DNA from: a virus
Taxonomy: Duplodnaviria > Caudoviricetes
IMG/VR virus record: IMGVR_UViG_3300028833_000094
Span: 1 to 64,000 of that record
Reading direction: 5' to 3' (one strand)
DNA: 64,000 nt
Part shown: piece by piece, positions 1 to 8,733 of the stretch
How the letters are laid out: each line of letters begins with the position of its first letter
Position numbering within the stretch: position 1 is the stretch's first letter
Made by a program: the position numbers and the translations under genes
The notes under the pieces: model-generated
What the model saw: only the letters and a program-made list of their open reading frames with translations
Databases searched by the model: none
What the model was told of the DNA's origin: nothing

Positions 1-172
1 TCATTAAGTAGTCTCTTTTTGTAGCTTCAATATTCACACCATATTCATTTCCAAATATAGTTTGATTTATACTACATAGATGTCCGTCACCTTTAGGGGT
101 GTTTACAACCACCCCATAAGGCAGTTTTGCACAAAGATCTTGGAGCAATAGTTGTTTTTCTTCCTCTAACAT
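1..172 (-). CDS. Accessory phage protein, partial (runs off window start)
   Basis: Manual translation from ATG at 172: MLEEEKQLLLQDLCAKLPYGG..., open to position 1; follows the 175..363 stop directly. Confidence 0.6.
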   Translation of the reverse strand, partial: MLEEEKQLLLQDLCAKLPYGVVVNTPKGDGHLCSINQTIFGNEYGVNIEATKRDYLM

Positions 173-174
173 AA

Positions 175-363
175 TTAATCAAAATAATCTTTGTTAATAT
201 AATACACGCAGCCATCAGTAACAGGTTCTTCTGGGTGGTAGAAACTTGCATACTGAAAGTCTGTGTTCTTAATCTCCTGACCAAGCCAGTATCTGTAGCA
301 TTGATCTTTCTTCTTACACTTGTCTTGGGAACAATGTGCATAATCGTGACAATATTGGGGCAT
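175..363 (-). CDS. Small Cys-rich hypothetical protein
   Basis: HCSQDKCKKKDQCYRY...GC; tightly packed in minus-strand gene array. Confidence 0.6.
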   Translation of the reverse strand: MPQYCHDYAHCSQDKCKKKDQCYRYWLGQEIKNTDFQYASFYHPEEPVTDGCVYYINKDYFD

Positions 364-367
364 AACT

Positions 368-772
368 TTATTCTTTTACTTCCTCAATCTTAATCATTTC
401 TCCTTGCTCTTCGCAAGTCAGAGTTTCTCCATTATACACATTCCAAGACATATCTTTATCACTGTGGGTAGTCAGGTAGTGCAACGGCTCTCTGTATAGG
501 AGGTAAGACATTGCTATTGCTTTACGTTGGTGTTCATTAGGACATTGCCCTCCACTCCAACCATAAGATGATTCTCTGTGTTCCAATTCAGGTACAATGT
601 AGGGACGGACATAAGTTTCAAGATTCTCACGGGCTGCGTATGTATATTCAATATATGATGTAGCATTATCCATACCACATTGTCCTGAAAGAAACCTATG
701 CCAATCCTCTATGGCATCAACCATAAGCCGCAGTTGGCTTTCTGTCATTGTTATTCTATATTTCTTCTCCAT
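368..772 (-). CDS. Hypothetical protein
   Basis: ORF 368..871; ATG at 772 (MEKKYRI) abuts the upstream stop and is the likelier start. Confidence 0.7.
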   Translation of the reverse strand: MEKKYRITMTESQLRLMVDAIEDWHRFLSGQCGMDNATSYIEYTYAARENLETYVRPYIVPELEHRESSYGWSGGQCPNEHQRKAIAMSYLLYREPLHYLTTHSDKDMSWNVYNGETLTCEEQGEMIKIEEVKE

Positions 773-773
773 A

Positions 774-1187
774 TTATTCTCTTTTAATTGCTTCTTTAAA
801 TCCTTCGATAATAGTATGATTGCTACAGTATCTTGGCCAGCAGTTTTCAAGCCAACTGAGAGTGTCTTCAATTACATCAGCCCTTCCTTTCTCATACTCT
901 GTACGGAGGGCTTCTATCATATCCTTAGTTTGAGAGTTTAATCCCAATTTGAAGAAATGTTTAGCTATCAATAAAACTGGACTTTCTTTACTTTCAACAA
1001 ATTCTTTTGTTTGCACAAATTCTGTTGCTTCTTTCTCCAAGTCCACATCTTCCACTTCAAGAGTGTCGAGAAATGAAAGAATTTCATCACATTCATCTTT
1101 TCTTGAAAAGAGTCTATGTCTCTTGTAAATATCCCTCCTTTTTTCTATCTCCGCTACTAAAGCGGATTTGTCTATGTACTGTGTCAT
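774..1187 (-). CDS. Accessory protein, paralog of 4294..4815
   Basis: Shared AEIE(K/R)...E(I/V)LS(F/Y)(L/I)D(T/S)LE...DLExxA N-terminal module. Confidence 0.75.
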   Translation of the reverse strand: MTQYIDKSALVAEIEKRRDIYKRHRLFSRKDECDEILSFLDTLEVEDVDLEKEATEFVQTKEFVESKESPVLLIAKHFFKLGLNSQTKDMIEALRTEYEKGRADVIEDTLSWLENCWPRYCSNHTIIEGFKEAIKRE

Positions 1188-1189
1188 AA

Positions 1190-2605
1190 CTACTCCTCCG
1201 TTAGTTTCTTTAAATCGTTATAGAGTGACACAATAGCTTCTATATCATCAGGAGCATTTCCTTTTGACACAATACTAAGAGCATTTAATTGTGCTATACT
1301 CGGCTTCCAAGTGTATCTGTCTTTGAGGGATTTGAGCCAATCAAAAAACTTTTTTAGGTAAGACACATCATTCGAAAATGATAAAGCCATTAATTCAAGT
1401 TCCTTAAACCAACTTTCATCCTCTTCACTCCAAGCACAAGCAGGTTTATCATACATTGCTTCCTTTGCTTCTGCTGAAATCATGCGTTGTGGCTTTTTGT
1501 TGGGATTCAGAGTTTTTAGGAAAAACATAAGTTCTTGCATCTTTTTTATATCTACAGCATTATTTACTTTCTCTGCCTGCCTCCACTGTTCTTTAACAAG
1601 TGATTCAAGCTGACAGATACAACTCTCTTCTTGTGGACTCCATTTTACTGTTTTAGCAGGCTTCTGCTCATACAGTTTTTTAACTGCGGTAATGGCACAT
1701 TGATGTGATAAGATACCATCGTCTGTCTGGTAACCATCAACACTTCCAAAAGTCTTTTCAAGGATTCTTTGGGCATGAAAAAGACTATCAATGCCATAAT
1801 CCTCGCCATTATATTCTTCATCATCAATCTCCTTCAACTCTTTTTTCTCAGCATCCCATTCATATCCATCTTCTTTCATCTTTTGGAACAACAGGTCACG
1901 TTGTTCTTTGGTTGCTGGAGTCACTTCATCATGTGTCATAGGAAGTAATCCATTGCTAACTCCAAATCTACCATAAAGATTAATTCCACCATAGCCAAAT
2001 GGGTATTTCCCTTCCTCTAAGTACTCATTATATATAAAAGGCTTGTTGTTGCTTTGTAAAATGTCGCCATCCTTTGCATCTTTTATAGTCCAAAGATGAC
2101 ACATATATTCTTTATCAAATCCAATTGAATAATGATTATTTTGGTTATCAATTACTTCATACCAAGATTCACATACTTCAACGATTTTATAAATACCAAT
2201 ATTGTTTTGAACTATCCAATCACCAATCTTAAATTTCTGTTCAATCTTATCAGTAGGCTTTTGCTTGCTTTGCTTTTCAAGTTCATTTTTAGTATTACTT
2301 ATACCTTTTAAATAAGCATCGTCAACATCTTTTTTGGTAAAAGTTTCACCTTGCTTTTCAAGCCAAGCAATCTGGTTTTCTATATCTTTAACAAGAAAAT
2401 CTTTGGCTGAAGGTGAATCATTTCCATCTTCCACACATTTGCTATATTTTTTTAGTGTCTGTATGATACTTTTCTTCATTCTCTCATCCTCATCCTCGGA
2501 TTCTTTGAGTTCGGGGAAGATGCCTTCCATTAGGCTTTGATGACCATTAAATGCTGCTACTCTCGCCAGTTCAAGAGCCTCTTTGTATTTCTTTTCGTAG
2601 TTCAT
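1190..2605 (-). CDS. Modular accessory protein (FPELKES / WSEEDE family)
   Basis: 471 aa; YKEALE...IFPELKESEDE N-terminus, WSPQEE and WSEEDE modules; paralog of 3256..3905. Confidence 0.8.
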   Translation of the reverse strand: MNYEKKYKEALELARVAAFNGHQSLMEGIFPELKESEDEDERMKKSIIQTLKKYSKCVEDGNDSPSAKDFLVKDIENQIAWLEKQGETFTKKDVDDAYLKGISNTKNELEKQSKQKPTDKIEQKFKIGDWIVQNNIGIYKIVEVCESWYEVIDNQNNHYSIGFDKEYMCHLWTIKDAKDGDILQSNNKPFIYNEYLEEGKYPFGYGGINLYGRFGVSNGLLPMTHDEVTPATKEQRDLLFQKMKEDGYEWDAEKKELKEIDDEEYNGEDYGIDSLFHAQRILEKTFGSVDGYQTDDGILSHQCAITAVKKLYEQKPAKTVKWSPQEESCICQLESLVKEQWRQAEKVNNAVDIKKMQELMFFLKTLNPNKKPQRMISAEAKEAMYDKPACAWSEEDESWFKELELMALSFSNDVSYLKKFFDWLKSLKDRYTWKPSIAQLNALSIVSKGNAPDDIEAIVSLYNDLKKLTEE

Positions 2606-2608
2606 AGT

Positions 2609-2872
2609 CTAATATTTTATAAGTTTATACTTTCCGAAGTTATTTTCGAAGAATGAGATAGCCTTATCAATAATTTCTTCAAGATTGTTTCCACTACAAC
2701 GGAATGGGTAAACAGCTTCCTCATATCCACTAAACAGTTCTCCATCATAGACATATTCCAGAAACCAAATACCCCCACTTATGCTTATTCTTAAAGCATA
2801 GTTTCCTGTCAGTCTTCCACTTTCTTTAACAACTTCGCACGGAAGCTGCTTTAATTTTTCAAAGTAGTCCAT
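2609..2872 (-). CDS. Hypothetical protein
   Basis: 87-aa ORF in packed array. Confidence 0.65.
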   Translation of the reverse strand: MDYFEKLKQLPCEVVKESGRLTGNYALRISISGGIWFLEYVYDGELFSGYEEAVYPFRCSGNNLEEIIDKAISFFENNFGKYKLIKY

Positions 2873-2999
2873 AATTATTTATTTTTAAGTTCTTGTAAAA
2901 TATCCCATAATGTATTTGCTATTGAAGCAAGGGAGGATGCTATAAATACTAAACATCATACTATAATAAATCCTAATACCGATATAACTGTTACCATAA

Positions 3000-3227
3000 T
3001 TATTTCTCTTTTAATTGTTCAACAATATAATTCAATTCCTTTTGCCTACGTTCCTTACAATAGCGGCAGTTACCTTTGTGAACATACCCACAATAACCAT
3101 CTGCCTGAATATATTCACAAGAATCAAGTTCGAGAATTTGCCATTTGTCTATTCTTTGATAGTCTGGTGGATTATTGCACCCTACCATCATCAAGGTGGT
3201 GAGGACTAACAGAATAATCTTTCTCAT
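3000..3227 (-). CDS. Small predicted lipoprotein
   Basis: MRKIILLVLTTLMMVG-C lipobox; C-terminal HKGNCRYC motif. Confidence 0.65.
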   Translation of the reverse strand: MRKIILLVLTTLMMVGCNNPPDYQRIDKWQILELDSCEYIQADGYCGYVHKGNCRYCKERRQKELNYIVEQLKEK

Positions 3228-3255
3228 AACCAATCTTCAAATATTTCTATTCCAC

Positions 3256-3906
3256 TTATATAATTCTTTGTTTAAGGGTTTTTAGCCATGTTCTTATTCT
3301 TTCTATCTTATCTGGCACTATATTCAATAAAGATGCACAATTCATAACTTGTTCAATGCTTAATGCTATTTTCTCATCTTCCTCATTCCAAGGCTTCTGC
3401 TCACCTTGCTTTTCTAAATCAGATAACTCCATCCAAGATAATACATCACTATCTCTAACTACACCTGCCCATCTGTATTGTTCCCAGTACTCACCTTTCC
3501 ATTCACCTTCTGCAATACTATGAGTTGTCTTCATAAGCACAGAATGATTTACTTTTGGCTTGCAGTCTTCGATGTTTTTATTCCATTTGATAGGACTATT
3601 ACCTTGCTTTTCGAGAGCTGCCTTATAACCAAGATGGAATCCTTCTCTCTTTTCATGGTCAATGGTATAAGGAATGTTTTCAAGCCAAGTAAGCATATCA
3701 TCTTTATATATACCCTGACCATGTGCATTAACAAGGGCAATGATTCTTTTCCTTGTCTTTTCATCCTTTGACTCGCAGAGTTCAGGGAATAGGTCTTGCA
3801 AGTTGCTTATAAACGGCTTAGTTGTAGGATAGGCACATAATTGACGTGCCTTTTCTAAAGCCTCGTCATAGGCTTTTGCTTTTTCTTCTACTGATAGTTC
3901 TTTCAT
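3256..3906 (-). CDS. Modular accessory protein (FPEL-ES / WNEEDE family)
   Basis: MKELSVEEKAKAYDEALEKAR...LFPELCESKDE...PWNEEDE; paralog of 1190..2605. Confidence 0.75.
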   Translation of the reverse strand: MKELSVEEKAKAYDEALEKARQLCAYPTTKPFISNLQDLFPELCESKDEKTRKRIIALVNAHGQGIYKDDMLTWLENIPYTIDHEKREGFHLGYKAALEKQGNSPIKWNKNIEDCKPKVNHSVLMKTTHSIAEGEWKGEYWEQYRWAGVVRDSDVLSWMELSDLEKQGEQKPWNEEDEKIALSIEQVMNCASLLNIVPDKIERIRTWLKTLKQRII

Positions 3907-4063
3907 AACTTTTTTCTTTATTGTTAAGTTCAAAATTCTTAAAATTCCACCAATCCTTCATTGCTTTCTTAAGATGGGAAGCATCGGTGCTTATCATTTG
4001 GGCGGCATAATACATTGTATCTGCAAGTTTAACTGCCTTTGATAATTTTTCTTCTTGCGTCAT
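3866..4063 (-). CDS. Hypothetical protein
   Basis: MTQEEKL start typical of this array; ATGA overlap with upstream microprotein. Confidence 0.55.
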   Translation of the reverse strand: MTQEEKLSKAVKLADTMYYAAQMISTDASHLKKAMKDWWNFKNFELNNKEKSYERTISRRKSKSL

Positions 4064-4173
4064 GTCCTATTCCTCCACACACATACACAACAGTCCTTAC
4101 CATCATTCGTGCAATAGTAACAGTCATTGATGGTATTTCTGCGTATGTCTTCTAAGTTTCTATTTGTTTTCAT
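4060..4173 (-). CDS. 37-aa CxxC-x6-CxxC microprotein (copy 1)
   Basis: Manual translation MKTNRNLEDIRRNTINDCYYCTNDGKDCCVCVWRNRT; 21/37 identical to 5137..5250. Confidence 0.7.
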   Translation of the reverse strand: MKTNRNLEDIRRNTINDCYYCTNDGKDCCVCVWRNRT

Positions 4174-4293
4174 AATTTATTTTATATTTATAATTTCACG
4201 GCCAAAGGCAACTCCAATGAGTAATAATAGCCCAAGATAGTGCCAAATGTCACAAAAGAAAAACTCACACAGATATTTAATTATTTCCATAGT

Positions 4294-4815
4294 TTATTCC
4301 TCCATTTTAGGTAATTCGCAATCCAACCACCATTTTACATCAGGCATATTCCAACCACCTTTGTCATATCTCTTAGGCTTATAGCGAGTAACTTCGCCAG
4401 TTAGGATATTCTTACCATCCCAGTATTCAGGCGGTCTATGAGCAAACACAACCTTGTAATGTTCATTTTCTTCTACAAGAGCAATGACTTCTCTGTCCAC
4501 TTCTGGCAAGTCATCTCCATCAGCAGGTTTCCAAAGGTTTTCTTTCTGCCACTGAGCACCTGCTTTGAATACGTTCTCTACTTCACTTTTCCATTGTGGA
4601 GAGATATGACAAATAATACTTGGATATTGGCTTGCTGCTTCTTCCAAGTCATTGCTTACAGGGTCTTCTTCAAGGGAGTCGATGTAGGACAGTACTTCAT
4701 TGTATGCTTCATTCTTACAATTACATTCCATTGATATCTGTGAAGCACAACTACCCCAAGGTAGAGATTCTTTCAGCCTTTCAATCTCAGCTTTTATTTT
4801 TTCTATTTGTGTCAT
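4294..4815 (-). CDS. Accessory protein, paralog of 774..1187
   Basis: Shared N-terminal module; FKAGAQWQKE motif; WKPADGDDLPEVDREV domain. Confidence 0.75.
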   Translation of the reverse strand: MTQIEKIKAEIERLKESLPWGSCASQISMECNCKNEAYNEVLSYIDSLEEDPVSNDLEEAASQYPSIICHISPQWKSEVENVFKAGAQWQKENLWKPADGDDLPEVDREVIALVEENEHYKVVFAHRPPEYWDGKNILTGEVTRYKPKRYDKGGWNMPDVKWWLDCELPKMEE

Positions 4816-5136
4816 ATTACCAAATACTTACATAATAGTTTCCATTATTGTCCTGACTGAGTTCAAGACGTGTAATACTGTCACCTACTCCCTGATATAT
4901 AACAGGGATTTCACAAGAGGTTATCTGCCTTCCTATGGAAGTAGATTGGTCAATTAATTGTTGTAGTGTCATTGCTCAAACTTTTGTCCAGTTAATAACT
5001 CCCAACAGTTCTTAAAGCCTTCTTGGTAGGCATCCATAATAAGACCTGTTACATCTGCAACTATAGGTTTTACTTTGTTGTAACCCTCTTGCATTTTCTT
5101 TTTAACTTCTTCCTGTGTCATCATAATTGTTTTGTT

Positions 5137-5250
5137 TTATAGTTTATTTTTCCATAAACAGATTTTACAGTCTTTACTATTCTTTGTACAATAGAAACAC
5201 TCATTGATAGTGTTCTCTCGTATGTCTATAATACTTCTATTTGTTATCAT
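5137..5250 (-). CDS. 37-aa CxxC-x6-CxxC microprotein (copy 2)
   Basis: Manual translation MITNRSIIDIRENTINECFYCTKNSKDCKICLWKNKL. Confidence 0.7.
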   Translation of the reverse strand: MITNRSIIDIRENTINECFYCTKNSKDCKICLWKNKL

Positions 5251-5437
5251 GATTATAATTTTTTACATAACCAAAAGTAATAAATAGCTTTAACCATATA
5301 ATATCAAGAGTCCAGCAACCTTTTAGTAACTTGTCAAATCTTATTGTAGGAGTTATATATGCTCCATTCCAAAAACTATGCCAAACACATTCAGCAATAA
5401 TTATCTTGCGATTGTGATTCTTTAAATTAATCTTCAT
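5237..5437 (-). CDS. Hypothetical protein
   Basis: 66-aa ORF in packed array. Confidence 0.55.
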   Translation of the reverse strand: MKINLKNHNRKIIIAECVWHSFWNGAYITPTIRFDKLLKGCWTLDIIWLKLFITFGYVKNYNHDNK

Positions 5438-5449
5438 AATTTGTTATTT

Positions 5450-5638
5450 TTAAAGCATGTCTTTTAACATATAAGTAATCCAACCAGATATAACTACGCA
5501 TAGTAGATAGTAAATACTTTGATATTGTTCAGTAAATACCCCATCATTATAAGCGTAATGAAATCTGAAATATGCTCCCCCTAATGCAATAGTACATACT
5601 ATCAGGAAGACTATAAGAGTTTTTAAATTCTTTTTCAT
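5450..5638 (-). CDS. Small two-TM membrane protein
   Basis: MKKNLKTLIVFLIVCTIALGG...YYLLCVVISGWITY, two hydrophobic segments. Confidence 0.6.
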   Translation of the reverse strand: MKKNLKTLIVFLIVCTIALGGAYFRFHYAYNDGVFTEQYQSIYYLLCVVISGWITYMLKDML

Positions 5639-5666
5639 AATTGTTTTGTTTTTAGTTAATAAATAG

Positions 5667-5770
5667 TGGGGAAGACAGGAGTTGCACCCATTACACCAGT
5701 AAAATAGTGACAAAGACTACTAAGTGGTTTGCCTACCCGGACTCTCTTGTACTTTGAGACTCCCATCCCC
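5667..5770 (-). ncRNA. tRNA-like RNA (104 nt) with expanded anticodon region
   Basis: Acceptor GGGGATG/CTTCCCC-A (6/7 bp), T-arm-like ATGGG-TGCAACT-CCTGT, D-like TCTC/GAGA; preceded by the same hairpin as tRNA-Arg. Confidence 0.5.
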
Positions 5771-5997
5771 AGGTTGCCCCTCCGCTGAGAGGCTGTTAAA
5801 ATGTCCTTTTTATGAAAAAAATAAGTAACTTAGAACCCTCACGGGCTATTTCTTCTTAGGTCTCCATATCTCAAGAAGGGTATAAACTCTCTCTAGGTTA
5901 TTGACTTCTACAAAGTATGGAACCTTGTTTACAAATGCTACTTGTTCCACCAGTATCTTCTTACCTGATGGTATGAGTTTTACAATCTCTTTCATAC

Positions 5998-6330
5998 TCA
6001 TTTGCTATCAATATTCTTTATTAAAATCCAATTGCTTTTATCCTTTGCAGGAACTCTGCATCCATTACTTAGACCATAAGCTTCATCAAGATAGGTAGTT
6101 ACTTCAGCAGTAATGCCTGAGTTCTTATTGCAGATGATATCTCCAATCTTAAAGATAGTAGGATCATCAAAGGCAGCATACAGAGGATTGGTATGTATGG
6201 TTTTAAAGAATCCTCTCTCATCATACATATAATCTTGCTCTTCTAAGGCTTTGTCAATTAGTTTTCTTTCAGCACTGTCCTTATCCAAGTTTTTGACAAT
6301 GCTTAGTAGCAATTCTTGAAAATCTAACAT
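5998..6330 (-). CDS. Hypothetical protein
   Basis: ORF with FKIGD motif. Confidence 0.65.
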   Translation of the reverse strand: MLDFQELLLSIVKNLDKDSAERKLIDKALEEQDYMYDERGFFKTIHTNPLYAAFDDPTIFKIGDIICNKNSGITAEVTTYLDEAYGLSNGCRVPAKDKSNWILIKNIDSK

Positions 6331-6440
6331 ACTATTCAAATTTTTCGTGTTTGAATGTTAACTCACTCCTTTTCTTTCTGTTGGCTTGGACTTTGTCCCT
6401 TCCACCTTTATTCCAGTACCAGTCTTTCCAATATCCTGGC

Positions 6441-7013
6441 TTATGATACTCCTTCATCTTTCATATACTGTACATAGTCATACATGTGAATATCAGAACC
6501 TTCATAGAGCTTGTTATTCTTCTTGGCATAGCTCTTGATGGTAGATGAGAGGAAATTCTTCAGGTTCTTCCAGAGACTGTCTTCCTTGTACCACATGTGC
6601 TTATTATGCTCCATAATAGCTGAACTGTCTCCATAGAGATATGTCCAGTCTGGATTATAGATGCAGCAGACACACTTATTGGTAAGGCTCTTAGGCAGGT
6701 TAACCCACTCTTCAGCAAACTGATAGTAGCCTACATTCTCTCTTTCATACATGAGCCTGAACTTAGAGAATCCAAAGCTCATGCACCAAGAGATAAGACT
6801 CTCCAGACTGTAGAATGCTGGGCCAAAGGATGCTTTTCCATGACAGAGATTCCATTCCATGCCATTGTAGTTCACCCTGATGTCACAGACTTCTACATTG
6901 TAGAGTACTATCTGTTGATTAGCATTGACACTCTGACATCTCCAGAAAGCTGAGAATAGCTCATTAAAGAAGGATGACCTTAGGTAACTGAATGTATTAT
7001 GAGATGCTATCAT
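6441..7013 (-). CDS. PI-PLC-like (PLC-X) phosphodiesterase
   Basis: ASHN, WRCQ...Q, DIR and LCHG motifs of the PI-PLC X domain. Confidence 0.7.
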   Translation of the reverse strand: MIASHNTFSYLRSSFFNELFSAFWRCQSVNANQQIVLYNVEVCDIRVNYNGMEWNLCHGKASFGPAFYSLESLISWCMSFGFSKFRLMYERENVGYYQFAEEWVNLPKSLTNKCVCCIYNPDWTYLYGDSSAIMEHNKHMWYKEDSLWKNLKNFLSSTIKSYAKKNNKLYEGSDIHMYDYVQYMKDEGVS

Positions 7014-7188
7014 TTTAGTACTTCTTTATGAAAGGTTATCTGACCATCTGAAATCATCCATTGACAATCATTAGGCCTATGACCAAGTTCTCTTAGAATA
7101 TCATCTACATTGTACTCATCTTCAAATTGAGTATTGTAGATGTCTACTTCCCCTGTATTGAAATCAAGAATTATGAGCTTTTCCATAC

Positions 7189-7593
7189 TTAGTCCTCCAC
7201 ATATTCAGTTTCATCTTCTGTCCAGTTACTGCACTCTTCAATAAGATGCTTAATCCATCTTTCATTCTTGACTTCTCCCATTCTATTAAGGTCATTCTCA
7301 AGATACTGCTTGAAGAGTTCTATCAGCTGTAGAGGGGTGTGATAATCATTATCATGATACTCATCTGCCCAATTAGTATCAGAGGTATCATCTGGATCAT
7401 GGCCTCCTATGGTAATACCATCATCATATTCACACCACTCTCCACCAGGGACATAGTTATTGGTTAATACTGATACTGTCTTTGAGAGTGTTTGAGTGCA
7501 GGTGACATCAAACTCTTTCTCTGGGACATCTGGTTCATTCCAAGGGGCTCCAATCGTGGAGTCACTTACTCCAGGGGGATAATTGTCTAACAT
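7189..7593 (-). CDS. Acidic hypothetical protein
   Basis: NYPPG...APWNE N-terminus; 134 aa. Confidence 0.75.
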   Translation of the reverse strand: MLDNYPPGVSDSTIGAPWNEPDVPEKEFDVTCTQTLSKTVSVLTNNYVPGGEWCEYDDGITIGGHDPDDTSDTNWADEYHDNDYHTPLQLIELFKQYLENDLNRMGEVKNERWIKHLIEECSNWTEDETEYVED

Positions 7594-7597
7594 AATT

Positions 7598-7957
7598 CTA
7601 TTGTTCTATATAGTTATCAAACATTTGGGAGAACATGGAATGTTCCATGTAACAAACGGGACTTTCAATGTCTTTAAACATTCTTTCCCTTGCATCTTTA
7701 GTGATACCTACCAATCTTCCTGTACGATAGGGATTCTTTCCTGATTCACCATCCCTGACTTCAATAATCATCAAGCCCTTCTGGTCAATCACATTCTTAC
7801 AATCATCACAGAGGCCCATATAGATATCTCTGGGAGCTTCTACATCTCCTTTGAGCTTACCTAACAAGACTATACCAATCTCTTTGCCACAGCACTCACA
7901 ATGAGTTATGGAAGGATTGACTCCATGTTTCTTTGATAATGTTAGTCTTTCACTCAT
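7598..7957 (-). CDS. Putative Zn-binding protein
   Basis: CECCG ... CDDC pairs. Confidence 0.7.
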   Translation of the reverse strand: MSERLTLSKKHGVNPSITHCECCGKEIGIVLLGKLKGDVEAPRDIYMGLCDDCKNVIDQKGLMIIEVRDGESGKNPYRTGRLVGITKDARERMFKDIESPVCYMEHSMFSQMFDNYIEQ

Positions 7958-8733
7958 TTACTTGGTTTTTTAATGTCATTCAGTCTATCTGATATACTAT
8001 CACCAACCCATAAGAATATCTTTCCTTTAGCAGTATATTTATTATGACCACTTCCATCACATCCATTACAACATCTGGTGATATCTGAGACATGCATATT
8101 AAGGTCTCTACTGGCTGCAGAAGCAGAAGGATATGCCTTAAGGAATTTACCATCCAGAGAGTAGACATCTACTTCCCTATATTTAGGTCTTTTCTGACTT
8201 AGTCTATAGAGTTCTGCCTTAACTTCCTTTACCCTCTGCTTGATATCATCTTCAGGATATAGGAATATTCTCTTGTCAACAAACAGCCTTCTGCCTTTAC
8301 AGCAACTAGCAATAATCTGAGAAGAGACTCCCATTGATTGACCAGCCATCTTATAGGAAGGCCATTTAAACAAGAACCTTCCACCTAAGGTATATTCACA
8401 TATCTCTTTATTTGTACTGGCATGAGCAGGAAGCATCATTTGTACAGGATTGAGTTTCTTAAGTCTTTCCATGATATCATCTCCTCTATAGAGAAAAATG
8501 CTCATAGTCTTACTGCTATAAAGAAACTTTCCTTTACATATATTGCCAATAGCACTTCCACTTATATTATGGTAGTAACTGGCTTGGGTGATGCTTTCAA
8601 ATGATCTCAGGTAGACTCCTTCAAGTGTATATTCAACTACAGGCTTGTATAGCTCGTGTCTTCTTTTTACAGGTAATCTCTCTTGGAATTCCTTAAAATC
8701 ATCGAAATTATTAACTACGATATCTTCATCCAT
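7954..8733 (-). CDS. Tandem NUMOD1-repeat DNA-binding protein
   Basis: Three repeats of V.EY.L.G...(F/W/Y).S...A...I..(I/C)C(K/N)G; no nuclease motif seen. Confidence 0.75.
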   Translation of the reverse strand: MDEDIVVNNFDDFKEFQERLPVKRRHELYKPVVEYTLEGVYLRSFESITQASYYHNISGSAIGNICKGKFLYSSKTMSIFLYRGDDIMERLKKLNPVQMMLPAHASTNKEICEYTLGGRFLFKWPSYKMAGQSMGVSSQIIASCCKGRRLFVDKRIFLYPEDDIKQRVKEVKAELYRLSQKRPKYREVDVYSLDGKFLKAYPSASAASRDLNMHVSDITRCCNGCDGSGHNKYTAKGKIFLWVGDSISDRLNDIKKPSK

